Assembly: GCA_951406725.2 (NCBI GenBank)
Contig: OX597826.1
Location: forward strand, 62,372,001 to 62,436,000
Length of the DNA stretch: 64,000 nucleotides
Reading direction: 5' to 3'
DNA from: Octopus vulgaris
Lineage: Eukaryota
Part shown: positions 41,195 to 55,374 of the stretch, piece after piece
Layout: each line of letters starts with the position of its first letter
Position numbering within the stretch: position 1 is the first letter of the stretch
Position numbers and translations under genes: made by a program
Notes under the pieces: generated by a model
The model's database searches: none
What the model saw: only the letters and a program-made list of their open reading frames with translations
What the model was told of the DNA's origin: nothing

Positions 41195-41372
41195 GGAACT
41201 GGAATAGTCGATTACATTGACCCACAGTACTCAAATGTTACTTATTTTATCGTGCCCAATAGGATGAAAGGCAAAGTCGATCTTGGCGTCATTTGAACTG
41301 AGAACATAACGGACTGGGGAAAAAGTACCCCCTTAGCATATTGCACGCGGTCCTAACGCTTCTACCAGCACG
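41195..41372 (-). mobile_element. SINE family B (diverged)
   Basis: gtcgattacattgaccc...ggatgaaaggcaaagtcgatcttggcg...ctaacgcttctaccagc. Confidence 0.75.
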
Positions 41373-41825
41373 CTGAGTTTTAAATCAAAACAAATAGGAA
41401 CGGCAACAGAAAGAACGTGAAGAACAACAGTAACGGTGTCAGCAGCAGAAACTCAATACAATCTTTAAGTATATAGCTATGTCAACTTAAGTGAAAAGAC
41501 ACATAGGGTAATAATCGAATTCCAATAAGACTCTCAATATTTCTAGGTCAATGATTTTCTCTAATATAGATAAAGCTAAATCGAATTTCTGAAAAATACA
41601 TTTCTTTTATTTTGATCCTGGATTAACCCAGTTGTACATAGAGCACACCTCCTGCTGACTTCCGCTGTCATGTTAAATAGTGTGAATGAAATATATAGGA
41701 GCCACTCCTAAATAAGTCTAATTCATACGTGAAAGTAAAGCAAGTGTAATCTCACTCCTCAACCATATTTAGGTATGTGCGTGCTTGCACGTTTACGTTT
41801 GTGTATGTGCTTACGCGTATGTATG

Positions 41826-41862
<37 letters not shown>

Positions 41863-42167
41863 GTATTATTTTCAGCCAGAGACCGATACCATTCCAGGAC
41901 AACTCCTTTCAGATTGATTGGATTTCTTTCCTGTATTCCAATCTGGTAAAGTAACGAGTTGGACGGAACTGCCCTTCTTTGTGTCTCCTGTTGCAATGAA
42001 GATTCATTTGGTATCTTAAGTAAAAAAAAAAACATTGTCCTCACGTCCTTTGAAGACCTCCATACGCTACCTCTACACCTCGCAGATATTTAAGGCAGTG
42101 TGTTACAATGTTATAATAGTTGCGGAGCCTTGAAACCCTTATTCTAGACGGTAGTATAATATTGGTA

Positions 42168-42381
42168 TACTCTTTACTCTTTTATTTGTTTCAGTCATTT
42201 GACTGCGGCCATGTTGGAGCACCGCCTTTAGTCGAGCAAATCGATCCCGGGACTTATTCTTTGTAAGCCCAGTACTTATTCTATCGGTCTCTTTTGCCGA
42301 ACCGCTAAGTGGCGGGGACCTAAACACACCAGCATCGGTTGTCAAGCAATGCTAGGGAGACAAACACATACACACACATAT

Positions 42382-42425
<44 letters not shown>

Positions 42426-42582
42426 GACAGGCTTCTTTCAGTTTCCGTCTACCAAATCCACTCACAAGGCATTGGTCGGCCCGGGGCTATAGCAGAAGAC
42501 ACTTGCCCAAGATGCCACGCAGTGGGACTGAACCCGGAACCATGTGGTTGGTTAGCAAGCTACTTACCACACAGCCACTCCT
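42168..42582 (-). mobile_element. SINE family A
   Basis: Close match to the other family A copies. Confidence 0.92.
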
Positions 42583-43377
42583 AATTGAATATCTCAATTA
42601 CTCAATATAATTTGTAGAGTACAAATCTGTTATTCTTTAGCAAGGGAAGTGTTTAGTGACTATAAGGTTTCGGCTTGCAACTTTTGTCAGATAGTGCGTA
42701 TGTATGGATGTCTGTATTATTTACGTGCGTATGTATATACGTATGTGTGCATGTATTATGTATGTATGTAAAGTGAGATGACCGTGCTCTTGAGTTATCG
42801 TATAAGTTGTTTTGAGGTATTAGTTCGGTTTCCCCACTGTATGTATTCCAATATCACCGAAGTCAACTTTAGTTCTCACCCTTCCGGGCTAAGTCGGTGA
42901 TCACAATGTCGTACTACACGAAGTGATTCACTCAACTTTTTTAGCATTGTATATCAAAAATGTACTGAAAGTGTATCTCCATAAACGTTATCAATCGAAA
43001 TAGAGTGCTCATTATTGCATAACTTGCAATAGAATGTATTAATTTTACAAGTTATAGGTGAAGATATATTTTGGTTCAATTTCCTTTCAGTAATTAATCT
43101 TATGTTTTATCATTATCAAACGCGGAATAAAGTAAGACAAGTTCTCATCGGTATTAGAACAGAGAAGATAAATGTCCGTACCGCGAGGCATTTTATATAT
43201 GACTTTACCTATTGAAACTACAATACTTACTTATTTATTTGAGTGTTAAGTATTGTTGTTGTCGGTATCGTTGTTCTTGTTGTTCGCCCCAAGTCAACAC
43301 AACTTTAAGAACAAATATATGATCAAAAATATTACAGATCCGATAATCTGCTATTTTTGTTTTTGTTTTTTTTTTTT

Positions 43378-43557
43378 AGGCGCAGGAGTGTCTGCGTATT
43401 GAGTAGCTTGATTACCAGCCACATGGTTCCGAGTTCAGTCTCAATGAGTGGCACCTTGGGCAAGTGTCTTCTACTATAGCCTTGTGAGTGGATTTGGTAG
43501 ACGGAAACTGAAATAAGCCCGTCGTATATATCTATATATATATATATATGTGTGTGT

Positions 43558-43603
<46 letters not shown>

Positions 43604-43818
43604 TTGTGTGTCTGTGTTTCTTCCCCCAACATAGCTTGACAACGGATGTTGGTGTGTTTACGTCCCCGTAACTTATCGGTTCAGTAAAAGCGACCGATAA
43701 AATAAGTACTAGGCTTACAAAGAATAAGTCCTAGGGACGATTTGCTCGACTAAAGGCGGTGCTCCAGCATGGCCGCAGTCAAATGACTGAAACAAGTAAA
43801 AGAGTAAAAAGAGTAAAG
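43378..43818 (+). mobile_element. SINE family A
   Basis: Full head, internal (TA)(TG)n, tail. Confidence 0.9.
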
Positions 43819-43842
43819 ATTATATCCTGCATAAACTTAATA

Positions 43843-44250
43843 GGGGCGCAGACATGGCTGCGTGGTTAAGAATTCCGTTTTGCAGCCACGTCGTTTGGGG
43901 TTCAGTTCCACAGCGCGGCACCTAGGGCAAGTATCTTGCCTTAAAGCCACAAATCGACTAATGCTTGTGAGGGAATTTGGTAAGCGGAATTTGTGAGTCA
44001 GGAAACCTGTTTGCGGGAGGGGGGAGAAGAGGGAGGGAGAGCGTGTGTGCGTGACGATTTGTTTGTGTATGTACACTACTTTTCAATCGGTGTCGGTTTG
44101 ATTACGTACCCGTGGCATGACATTTAGGAGAAAGAAACCGTTAAAATTACCAGACGTATCAAATAAGCACTGGGGATGATTTATTCGACAAAACCCTGCA
44201 TAGCATTGCCGAAATATAACCGTTGTCCAATGACTGAAACAATAACAGAT
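43843..44250 (+). mobile_element. SINE family A, older diverged tandem copy
   Basis: ggcgcagacatggctgcgtggttaag...gggttcagttccacagcgcggcacctagggcaag...aatgactgaaacaata. Confidence 0.7.
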
Positions 44251-44369
44251 AAAAGATACTGACCCAAGGACCATATTTTCCAACGAATTCTCGTTGGGTA
44301 ATATCATTTGAAACGATGCGATTGCTATTTCTAGCTGGTCGAACAACCGTGTGCTCAGACGTTAATTTT

Positions 44370-44580
44370 TACCCAGAGAGACAAAATATGAGATAGGGGA
44401 TGGAATTTGAACTGAGACCGTAAAGATTGACGAAATTTAGCTTAGCATTATGTCCGGTATGCTAACGATTCTGCCAGCTAACCAACTTAAAAATACGCTA
44501 AGAATACTTTCTACTTTAGGCACAAGGCAAGAAATTTTCGAGTGGGTGGCTAGTCGGTTACATCAAGCACAGTGTTCAAC
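44370..44580 (-). mobile_element. Two SINE family B fragments
   Basis: ggaatttgaactgagaccgtaaag...gctaacgattctgccagc; tttctactttaggcacaagg...gaaatttt. Confidence 0.65.
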
Positions 44581-45863
44581 TGCTTTTATTCTATTGAATA
44601 GTAAGAACCATTTCAAGCACTGCATCTCAGTCCTTGTTTCACGAATCGTCTTCCATATACACATATGTACACACAGTCACTGATTCCCACTCACTCAGAA
44701 ACTCTCATAATCTCTCCCTAACTATCTCTCTTGCGTTGATCAAGACTGTGAATAAAATACAGTATATATTATTGAAGAAAACAACGAACGTGAATTATAA
44801 GAAGAATTTAAACATTTACTCCAGCGCTGTGTAAATATAATTCTGATTTAATAGTTTAGTATTTCGTTTGTTTCTTCCCTTCAGCACCCGCGAGCAAATT
44901 CCTTCGAAATAAAATGAAAAGAAACTTGCAAGAAATTTGAGGAAGCGACCACGAAATACATATAAGCATTTGACGTAAGAAAAGTTTAAACATACATGCA
45001 CTTAGAACCTCTAGTAATACTTCAAAGTAAAAATTTCTTTTGGTTTCTTATATCAGGATTTATTATTTAAAGAAAGATTATATCTATTACAGAATCATGT
45101 TGCTACTCATATCCTGGAATCTGACTAACTTTATATTTGTTCTTGTTTCGGTTTTTTCGTTGAAATAACCATTCTCAAAACGAGAGAAAAATTATATTTA
45201 TTTGAAGTACTTTCCGATTGCTATTCGTAAATATTTTTCTCTTAAATTACTTAAAGGTCTTTATTTTCGAGAAGGCTCTTATTTTATAATGTGTTTTGTT
45301 TTTATTCAAACCCACCATACTTCTAATGTAACTATTGATTGGATATTATTTGCGATTTCGCTGTACTAAAAAAGCACCTCCACGCCAAAAAAAAGTGCAA
45401 GCTGCTCTCCAACTTAAGAGGCGTATGTGATTTATTTTCGTCTAATCCCAGGTAAATGTAACCGAGTACAAATTTTAAAAAATGGGATATCCGAGCTACA
45501 TTATATAGTGTAACCTTTCCTTTTTTAAAATGTGAAGTAGATTTCTCTAATATTTTAAAAATATAGATGGACGATCTATAGGCCACCTTGTTTATTGAAA
45601 CAACTTGAGGAAACGATATGAGCAGGATTAGGTTCCTTTTAATAACGAAGTGTCTACAATGTAAGATTATAAACGGGAGAAGCATTAATATCATACATAG
45701 TTTTGTTCTAAGCCAGTGAACTCGATTCACTTTCTATAGATGTACTGGAATGTATCAACAAAGATCATATTACGTTGCTCTTTCATATTTTACCTCTAGA
45801 CGTCAATATGGCAGGTATTTCAGTGTATAGACCTAACTGAATACGCCTTAACACATAATGTGT

Positions 45864-46263
45864 ACTCTTTACTCTTTACTCTTTTACTTATTTCAGTCAT
45901 TTGACTGCGGCCATGCTGGAGCACCGCCTTTAGTCGAGCAAATCGACCCCAGGTCTTATTCTTTGTAAGGCTAGTACTTATTCTATCGGTCACGTTTGCC
46001 GAACCGCTAAGTTACGGGGACGTAAACACACCACCATCGGTTGTCAAGCGATGTTGGAGGGACAAACTCACACACACACATATATATATACATATATACG
46101 ACGGGCTTATTTCAGTTTCCGTCTACCAAATGCACTCACATGGTTTTGGCCGGCCCCAGGCTATACTAGAAGACACTTGCCCAAGGTGCCACGCAGTGGG
46201 ACTGAAGCCGGAACCATGTGGCTGGTTAGCAAGCTACTTACCAGACAGCCACTCCTGCGCCTA
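45864..46263 (-). mobile_element. SINE family A
   Basis: Close match to the other copies, with a (tactcttt)n tail. Confidence 0.92.
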
Positions 46264-46461
46264 ATTGTATATTTGTGCATCTAAGAATTTAACAGTTACC
46301 TGAATCACTCAGAGCAAATGCCAAAACAGAATTCGCGGTCTAATTACTAGAAATCCAAATACTTTACGATATTAACTATATAGATCTGGATATACACAAA
46401 TGATAAATAAGAGAGAAAGAGAGACAGAGAGAGAGAGGCAGACCCAGAGAGAGACAAAGAG

Positions 46462-46516
<55 letters not shown>

Positions 46517-46847
46517 GTCTTTAGATCGAAGGTTTCCTCGATTAAAATTGACTTGGGGTTACACCAGTGTCTTTCATAAGAGGATAGGGCCATTCTGCTA
46601 GAGAGAGAGGTGGGGAGAGAGAAAGATCCTTGGAATGAGTATACTGGAATGGCTAGAGTAACAAATTAAAAGAATGATAGAATTGCACATTAGAGCATTA
46701 TGAGTGTCATGTCTGATTAAATGTGTATATAGAATTATGTTTAGCTGGACTTACGTTTAGATATGTGTGGATGGAGCACCCAACATCCACTGGAGTTCAG
46801 TAGATTTATACTGCCATCAGATTCAGTAAAATGCAGAGTCGTATGAA

Positions 46848-46849
<2 letters not shown>

Positions 46850-46881
<32 letters not shown>

Positions 46882-48119
46882 CTAGCTAGTTAGTTAGTTA
46901 GTTAGTTAGTTAATTTGGCTCAAAAGCAAATAGCAAGGCCATGTAGGGGGACATGGAGTTAAGTACAGGGTGGTGTTCATGTAAAGAGTTCAGGCCACTT
47001 GAGGTCCAGGGAGGCTTTGAACAAAGCGGTCGTCGGCATCTTCACCATCTCGTCTGGCAGCGTGTTCCACGGATCCGCAACCCGGACGGAGAAAGCTCCT
47101 CTCCTTCGATTGAGATGAAATCGTCGCAGGTAGAGCTTTTCGGAATGACCCCGCAGCCGACGCTCTGGAGCAGGAGTGAAGAACAGCTCTTTCGAGAGGT
47201 TACACTTTCCGCTTATGATGTTGTGGGCGAGAATGAGATCACCACGGCGGCGGCGTTTTTCAAGAGAATAAAGGTCGAGCGTCCTCAGCCTTTCTTCGTA
47301 GGACAAATTTTTGAGACCATGAACCATGCGGGTAGCCAGCTTCTGGACTCTTTCGAGATGCTGTATGTCTTTGAGGAGATAAGGAGAAGAGGCTTGAATC
47401 CCATACTCCAATATGGGTCTCACCAGCGTGACATAGAGTGGTAGGAATATGGCTGCTGTGAGCATTCCGAATGACCGTCGAATCAAGAACAGAATTCCGC
47501 GTGCTTTGTTGCCAGCATGGACGCACTGGGCCGAAGGCGAAAAGGAGGAATCCACCAAGATACCCAGGTCCTTTACCTGATCGGTCGTCTCCAGCAGCAG
47601 ACGACCCGGCTCGAAATCAAGTTGAGTTGCAGGAGTAGAGCCGACAGGCAGATGACAGCACTTTGACACGTTCAGACACAGGTCCCAATCGTTAGACCTC
47701 TTCCAAATTTGGTGGAGGCATCGACGAAGATCCTCTATATTACCGCGAGGAGCGACCACTTTGATATCGTCGGCAAATAGAAGGGTGTGTTGCGTGAGGT
47801 CGTCGGGCAAGTCATTTATGAAGACTAAGAACAACAAGGGCCCAAGCACTGAACCTTGAGGCACGCCACTGCTCGCACTGGAGACGTCGGACCGCGAACC
47901 ATTAACTTGGACTTGGAAGGAGCGATCTGAGAGGAAGGCACCAACCCATCGTACAATATCCGGATGGAAACTATATGCTTGAAGCTTCACAAATAATAGG
48001 CGGTGGTTTACCGAGTCAAAAGCTTTGGCAAAGTCCAATAAAACGATGTCAACAGCATCACTATCATCGAGGATGCGCGTCACCAATTCTTCCATTACTA
48101 GTAAGTTGGTCAAGCATGA
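46850..48119 (-). mobile_element. 5'-truncated CR1-type LINE with (CTAA)n tail
   Basis: Begins at SCLTNLL, has a short 3'UTR and a (TAAC)n tail at ~46850-46911; GC-rich against its flanks. Confidence 0.92.
46977..48113 (-). CDS. Reverse transcriptase C-terminal half (378 aa, open frame, N-truncated)
   Basis: LDFAKAFDSV, GVPQGSVLGPLLF, FADD, KDLGI, LVRPILEY, RRRRGDL, LRGH. Confidence 0.88.
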   Translation of the reverse strand: MTNLLVMEELVTRILDDSDAVDIVLLDFAKAFDSVNHRLLFVKLQAYSFHPDIVRWVGAFLSDRSFQVQVNGSRSDVSSASSGVPQGSVLGPLLFLVFINDLPDDLTQHTLLFADDIKVVAPRGNIEDLRRCLHQIWKRSNDWDLCLNVSKCCHLPVGSTPATQLDFEPGRLLLETTDQVKDLGILVDSSFSPSAQCVHAGNKARGILFLIRRSFGMLTAAIFLPLYVTLVRPILEYGIQASSPYLLKDIQHLERVQKLATRMVHGLKNLSYEERLRTLDLYSLEKRRRRGDLILAHNIISGKCNLSKELFFTPAPERRLRGHSEKLYLRRFHLNRRRGAFSVRVADPWNTLPDEMVKMPTTALFKASLDLKWPELFT

Positions 48120-48470
48120 TTCAAGTATTGATTCAATGGACTATACAACAGTTTATAACGTATATGACATTGGGACAGTAGTCGGAATCATTCTTAGAGC
48201 ATGGAAATGGCAATATCACGAGAGTACCAGAAATACTAGTGTGTCAAAATAATTACCTGATATTATCGATTTTATTCGTGTATAGCCTAAGTGTTCAAAT
48301 TTAACCATCATCATCTTCGTCATTCTTCCTCCCAACGGAGACGGAATATCTGACAGTTATAAATATTTATTTAATATTTTTCTTTGCATGCCAGAAAATA
48401 TTACCACTGCAAAACCGAAAACTTGGTAGTTTGAATACTTTGGGAGATAATCTTTAGAAGACAATATCAC

Positions 48471-48508
<38 letters not shown>

Positions 48509-48582
48509 GTATGCATGTATGTGAATGTATGTGTGTATATATATATATATATATACAAAGAGAGAGAGAGAGAGAGATAGGT

Positions 48583-48744
<162 letters not shown>

Positions 48745-49587
48745 CAGATAGATAGATTCTATTTTCATACTCCTATCCGAATGTTGTTTGACATTCAGAT
48801 GTCAGATTTTGATCTAGAAATGTAATGTATTAAATATCCGATTTTTGTTCACTCTATTGGAATATGAAGAAACATATACATCATATAAATAATTGTATAT
48901 ATGAATATACATACATACACACATACACACACACACATATATATATATATAAATAAACCTATATATATATATATATATATATATTTACATATATTTATAC
49001 GCGCACACATAGACACACTCACACAAATACACATATACAAATTATAATGTAATACAGTCTAGTATAAGAGGAATTCAAATTCAAGTCATTTCCTGCCTCA
49101 TTCGGACACTATTTATTTAAATGAGGTCAAAATTTAAATGAAGCTCTGGATTAAGTGACATGTCTTCAGAGATTTCATGTTAATTAATATTTACATTTTA
49201 TATCATTGATATTAGCTTCACACGCCCTCTAGTTAAATCAATATTGTTTACCAAGCAAAGTTGAGATCAGTATGCATTTTCGAATCTTGATTGCCGAAAC
49301 AATTGCAATCCTTCACGAAATATACTGAGAGTAATGTTGGTAGTCACATCACGCTTGATTTTTCCAATTTCCGCATATTATTTGCCGTTTTACATAAAGA
49401 TATTGAATATAGATGTTATTGTCATGCGAAGGCCATTTTGTGAATAAAGCCTGATATGTCGAGCAATTTAGCATCACTATGAAACAGTTGATGTTGCTGC
49501 TGGTGGTGTTGTGATTTTGTTTGTGTTTTAAAATAGAAGGCCTCAACTGAACAGGAAAAAACTCTCGTTCAGAAATTAGCTGCATTG

Positions 49588-49643
<56 letters not shown>

Positions 49644-49658
49644 CATATCAAGATAGAT

Positions 49659-49795
49659 AAGGTCGGTCTGTGGGATTACTATGGATTTCATGTTCATAAA
49701 ATTATACGGCAACAGGTTTTGCGGTCTGATGATACGCTGTAAATCTAAGCGCTTTATGGACGTAAAACCAAGGGTAATCCCATAGACCGGCCTGA
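49659..49795. mobile_element. Small foldback/MITE with ~40-bp imperfect TIRs
   Basis: ggtcggtctgtgggattactatggatttcatgttcataaa is the reverse complement of tttatggacgtaaaaccaagggtaatcccatagaccggcc, with mismatches. Confidence 0.75.
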
Positions 49796-49849
49796 TATGT
49801 CTATATATTATACTACTTGCTTTTCGAATTTATGATTTACCAACGATAT

Positions 49850-49922
<73 letters not shown>

Positions 49923-50364
49923 TAATACAAATGGGACAAGGACGCAAAACATCCGGACAGCTAGGTGATGCAAAAAGGGCCAACTAAACATCCAGATAGA
50001 CGATGCAAGGACGGTTCATTCGAAACCCTCTATCCTCAGTCAAGCATCTATTATATTATTCGTATATTATATTATCCAATATAGTATACGAGAGAAATAT
50101 TTTACACTTTATCGTTTAATAATCCGAAATACGGGCGATTCAACACCTAGTCGTGTGTTCAGCGCAAATGTTTATGAAATGTCAGCATTAAAAATTAGTC
50201 AGTTGTACGTAATAAATACTAAGAAAACTTGTATTTTATTTATGTTCAACAACAAATAGGAAAGTGAAACAGAAATTGGAAATTATTTAAATTATAGTTG
50301 CAATGTTAACATATTTCAATTGAAAATATTTCTCAACAAGACGAAGGTTTAAACATTTCAAATT

Positions 50365-50427
<63 letters not shown>

Positions 50428-50482
50428 CACCGTCCAGGCTTAAAAAAGCCCTTATTGTTGGTTTCCTTATCCTGTCTTTTGC

Positions 50483-50863
50483 GGAGGCGCAATGGCCCAG
50501 TGGTTAGGGCAGCGGACTCGCGGTCGTAGGATCGCGGTTTTGATTCCCAGACCGGGCATTGTGAGTGTTTATTGAGCGAAAACACCTAAAGCTCCACGAG
50601 GCTCCGGCAGGGGATGGTGGTAATCCCTGCTGTACTCTTTACCACAACTTTCTCTCACTCTTACTTCCTGTTTCTGTTGTACCTGTATTTCAAAGAGCCT
50701 ACCTTGTCACTCTCTGTGTCATGCTGAATATCCCCGAGAACTACGTTAAGGGTACACGTATCTGTGGAGTGCTCAGCCACTTACACGTTAATTTCACGAG
50801 CAGGCTGTTCCGTTAATCAGATCAACCGGAACCCTCATCGTCGTAACCGACGGAGTGCTTCCC
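50483..50863 (+). mobile_element. Full-length SINE family D with 12-bp TSD
   Basis: TSD atcctgtctttt at 50469-50480 and 50864-50875. Confidence 0.92.
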
Positions 50864-51510
50864 ATCCTGTCTTTTACTGTTTCTATCTTTATTTGTACTG
50901 TTTTCATCTTTATTTGTATTGCTTTTACGTCTTGTTCTTGTCACCTTTTTCTATTCCTCCGCAATTTTTTTTTTATTTAATTCATTTGCGGGAAGGACTG
51001 TTTCAGAGTAGTCGTGTTCTGCCCTTACCTTTGAAACACACAATGAGTCGAAACAGGGGCAGCTGAAGAAGGGGAATGTTCCCTCTGTTGTTTGTCTTGT
51101 ACTCTGTTTTTTCGTTGTTAAAAAAAGTCCGTTTTCTTGTTTTGTTTCTGTTTTCGTTTCTACTTTTATTTGTGGTGTCCTGTACTCATATATGCATGTA
51201 TATATACATATAGATGTAGGTTTGTACATATATGTATATATGCAATGTTTTATTTATCAAATTGTTATTACATGAATATATAAGTATATGTGTATGTGTG
51301 TGTGTATGTGTGTGTACGTATGTATATACACACACATATATATCATAAACATAAATACACAAATGTGTATGCGTATCGGCATATTTGCAGGTAGATATGT
51401 TGTACATAGAGCAAGTTAAGGCAATATTCATAAGAAAATAACAACCATTATCATTTTTATGACTGTTAAAATGAATAATAATAATAATAATATTATTATT
51501 GTTATTGTTA

Positions 51511-51545
<35 letters not shown>

Positions 51546-52095
51546 GAGTGAGAGAGCAGTCCATGCCATCAAAGTGACACTGGAGTAAAATATACGAAGC
51601 CCAATATACCCATCATGACTACCCGGTTGATAAGGGTACACCAGGCACATGCATCACAACCATATGAGCGCGACATGGTGATCTCATAAACAGCACATGG
51701 CCTTGCAGGTGGGGCCCAGTTAGAATTTTCTTCAGGTTGAGTAGCCCATTCCGCTCAAAAGGTCCCTGAATAAGGGTTGTTTAAGGATGTTGAAAGAACC
51801 ACCCATGTTTCCCGAGGTGAATTATTCAAACCCCAAAGAATCCCTCTCAACACATGGCTCTGATGCTCCCCCACTACTTCTGCTCATGATCAGAGATGCA
51901 CATATCGTCAGCCACTAAGGGACATGCTCAACTGGTTAAGGTCAAACAACTGACAAGCAAATCTGTGGTATTGAGCAGAATATTTGTTGTAGCCCATCTT
52001 ATATACTAAGACAAAACAATGTACATGATAACACTTCCAATCAGTTAAGATCAGAAGCCATGAGAGCCACTGCCTGGTACTGCATCAGGGCATTT
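51546..52095. mobile_element. ~550-bp non-coding insert bounded by (TAA/TTA)n tracts
   Basis: Sharp transitions from (TTA)n into GC-richer sequence and back; no long ORF. Confidence 0.55.
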
Positions 52096-52100
52096 ATTAC

Positions 52101-52173
<73 letters not shown>

Positions 52174-53504
52174 TTACTATTATTATTTTACTATTATTAT
52201 TTTATTACCACTATTATTTACATTCTGTGTTCAAGATCGACTTTACTTTTCATTCTTTCGAGGGTCGATAAAATATATACCAGCTAAACAAATTTCAACC
52301 ACAACAAACATTGTGATATACTGAGTGGATACTACTACATCGCGTAGCCACGGCAAACAGACAAAATGTGTTAGCAGCTAAAATTTGAGGTTACGGAACA
52401 TATAAACGATATTCATATATCACCCGATGAAACACAAGAAGATCTCGCAATGCAGGGAAACGGTTAAATAACCAAATACCTGCGAACCAGGAGAAATACG
52501 TTGCGTTGAAACAATTTCAGTGATTAGAAATAATGTATCTCGGTACACCCCCTTCTTGACTCCAGCTTATTCAAATATACATTCACATAATACAGAAGCC
52601 CCAACTCAAATCTGGTACTAGATTTAATACTATTGTTGGATAGCACTGGGGGAAACCTGAGGGTGGACAAGCTCTATACTGTACTCCACTGTTCTCAACA
52701 GAATATAACCTATATATATTTGGGAAAATGTACTTTAATGCAAAACTACGTCGAATTGCTTTCGTTTACTTCAAGAGGTAACTAGCTATTCAATAGAATC
52801 TGATAAAATATCTATCCGCTTGAAGTCAATACTAGAATTAATAATAGCGAATGAATCCCTAGAAGGTGGCGTTCTATAATAATTGTATTCAATGAATGTA
52901 GCTCGTAATTTTGGATATTTCCGTTAGAATTCAAGTTTCAAATCTTCCTAACGGACAAGTAATATATTTCTAACTGAACACAATAGCATCTGCTGTAATA
53001 TTTATTGTTGTTATTGTTTAGTTGTTGAGATTCACATTCGATACTTCTTTCGAGGTACGCGTTTGATCATTTGTATTCTATTTGTAAATACCTGACCTAT
53101 TTGACTTCTGGCACGGAAGATCTAAGACAATATTCAATGTGTACATCTTTTACGGCACTAAGGGATCGATGGCAAATCTTTCTACTTTGGTGTATCGAAA
53201 TTTAAGTGTATTTTATAAACCTGTTTTGGAGCATCACTTTCCTTTGACCGTATATTTTAGTTTTAGGGCTATTTAGAAGATATTGTAGGGAAATTATTCT
53301 TCGAAACCTTCTCATGTCATCTAAAACCTGTAACGTGTCATTAATAATACACGTGTCATAAGCAGTGACCGTGTGAAAGACAAACGACTACAGTATTTCT
53401 AACAGGTGCACCAAAGTGTGAAAACCGTTTTCTAAAAACTTCTTGAAGTCGTTATTATTTATAACATCAGGATCTTAATCGTTTCTAAACATCATATATT
53501 AATA

Positions 53505-53753
53505 GTGGTTTCAAATTTTGCCATAAGAGCAGCAATTTTGGGAGAGGGAATGAGTCGATACTTAATTTATCGATCAGAGGCAAAGCCGACCTCGGTGGAT
53601 TCCGAACTCACAACGTAGCGACGGGCGAAATACTGCTAAGTATTTCGTCCAGCGCGCCAACGAATCTACAAGCTCGCCACCTAATATTATATTAATAATA
53701 ACAATGAAGCATATAATGAAAGGTGGCGAACTGGCAGAATGGTCAGCACGCCG
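53505..53753. mobile_element. SINE family B copy (-, 53505-53682) and a head fragment (+, 53720-53753)
   Basis: ggcaaagccgacctcggtggattccgaactc; aaggtggcgaactggcagaatggtcagcacgccg. Confidence 0.7.
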
Positions 53754-54355
53754 TTTACGTAATTTGATAAGCTTTACCCAGTAACAGGATGAAATTTTTA
53801 CAAAAACTTCGAACTTGCAAATATGCAGACAGTTATTTCAATAACTGAAATAATTACACAACAAGCATATCATTACAATCTAGCAATTTGCTATTTTATT
53901 TACATTAAAAACACAAGAAGTAACTGACAAATTTCTATTTCTCTAAACAATTTTAATTGCCAACTTTTGAATGTTACATATGTATTTATAATTTTATGTT
54001 CATTGTTTATTCGTTGAGAATAGAAATATAAGCACACATATACTTACAAAAATGTACATATATACAAGCATAATAATGTACACATTTAAAAAACTTAAAC
54101 TCACACAATCACACATAGAGCATGAATATATACAGAGAGGCAAAATTCACTTTCTGGAATGTATAGATACGTATACCCAAACACCTACACATAGACATAA
54201 AATTGAAAACAAAAAAACAAAAAAGAAACATTTGAAATGAAAGTAGGACACAATTCGGTTTTAATGAGATAGCATAGTTTTAATGGCTTTGAAAACAAAT
54301 TAGGATGGGAAACAAAAAGAAAAAGACATGTGTTTATATGTATACGTCTATCTAT

Positions 54356-54429
<74 letters not shown>

Positions 54430-54434
54430 CTATA

Positions 54435-54487
<53 letters not shown>

Positions 54488-54524
54488 CTCTATATATATA
54501 CATACATATGTATTTATATACATA

Positions 54525-54575
<51 letters not shown>

Positions 54576-54768
54576 ATATATATACACATTGTGTGGCATG
54601 TGCGCGTGTGTATGTGTGTATATATATATAGCTAGATAGATACACACATACATACATATATATATACATATATATATGTGTGGGTGCTGTGAGTGTGTGT
54701 GCGGATGCATATGTGTGTATGAGTATACTGGGGGACAAAGAGAGAGAAGGAGCGCGCAAAAGAGAGAA

Positions 54769-54876
<108 letters not shown>

Positions 54877-55114
54877 CTGCTAATTTAGACATACATAAAA
54901 AATTGAACTGGAAAGTAATGAATTATTTTATTTACAGACGGTGGCCTACAAGAATGACTAAAGCGCCTTTTGTTTGGTATTGGTTTTGCCCTAAAACTTT
55001 CGAACCTTTAAGCGCAGAGATAACTTCCTGCATTCACGGCTACAAAAAAAAACATATGTTTGTGGTGTGTATGTGTGTGTGTGTGGATGCATATATATAT
55101 ATATATATACACAT

Positions 55115-55152
<38 letters not shown>

Positions 55153-55374
55153 ATATATACATAAATAGATACATACATGCACACAGACACATATATATAT
55201 ATGCATATATATTTGTGTATACATTCATATATATGTATATATATATACACACATACACACACATATATATACACGTACATATATATTTATATATAGATAT
55301 AGATATATATAGATATATATATGTATATAGGAATGAATGTATATATGTATGCGTGTGTGTATGTAGTTACGTGT

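Noticed and set aside
49721-49780. CTGATGA...AAACCAAGGGTA hammerhead-like string
   Set aside because: G12 is missing and the 3' half is part of the MITE TIR; probably coincidental.
52040-52092. Weak resemblance to U2 snRNA segments
   Set aside because: Matches are too short and the spacing is wrong.
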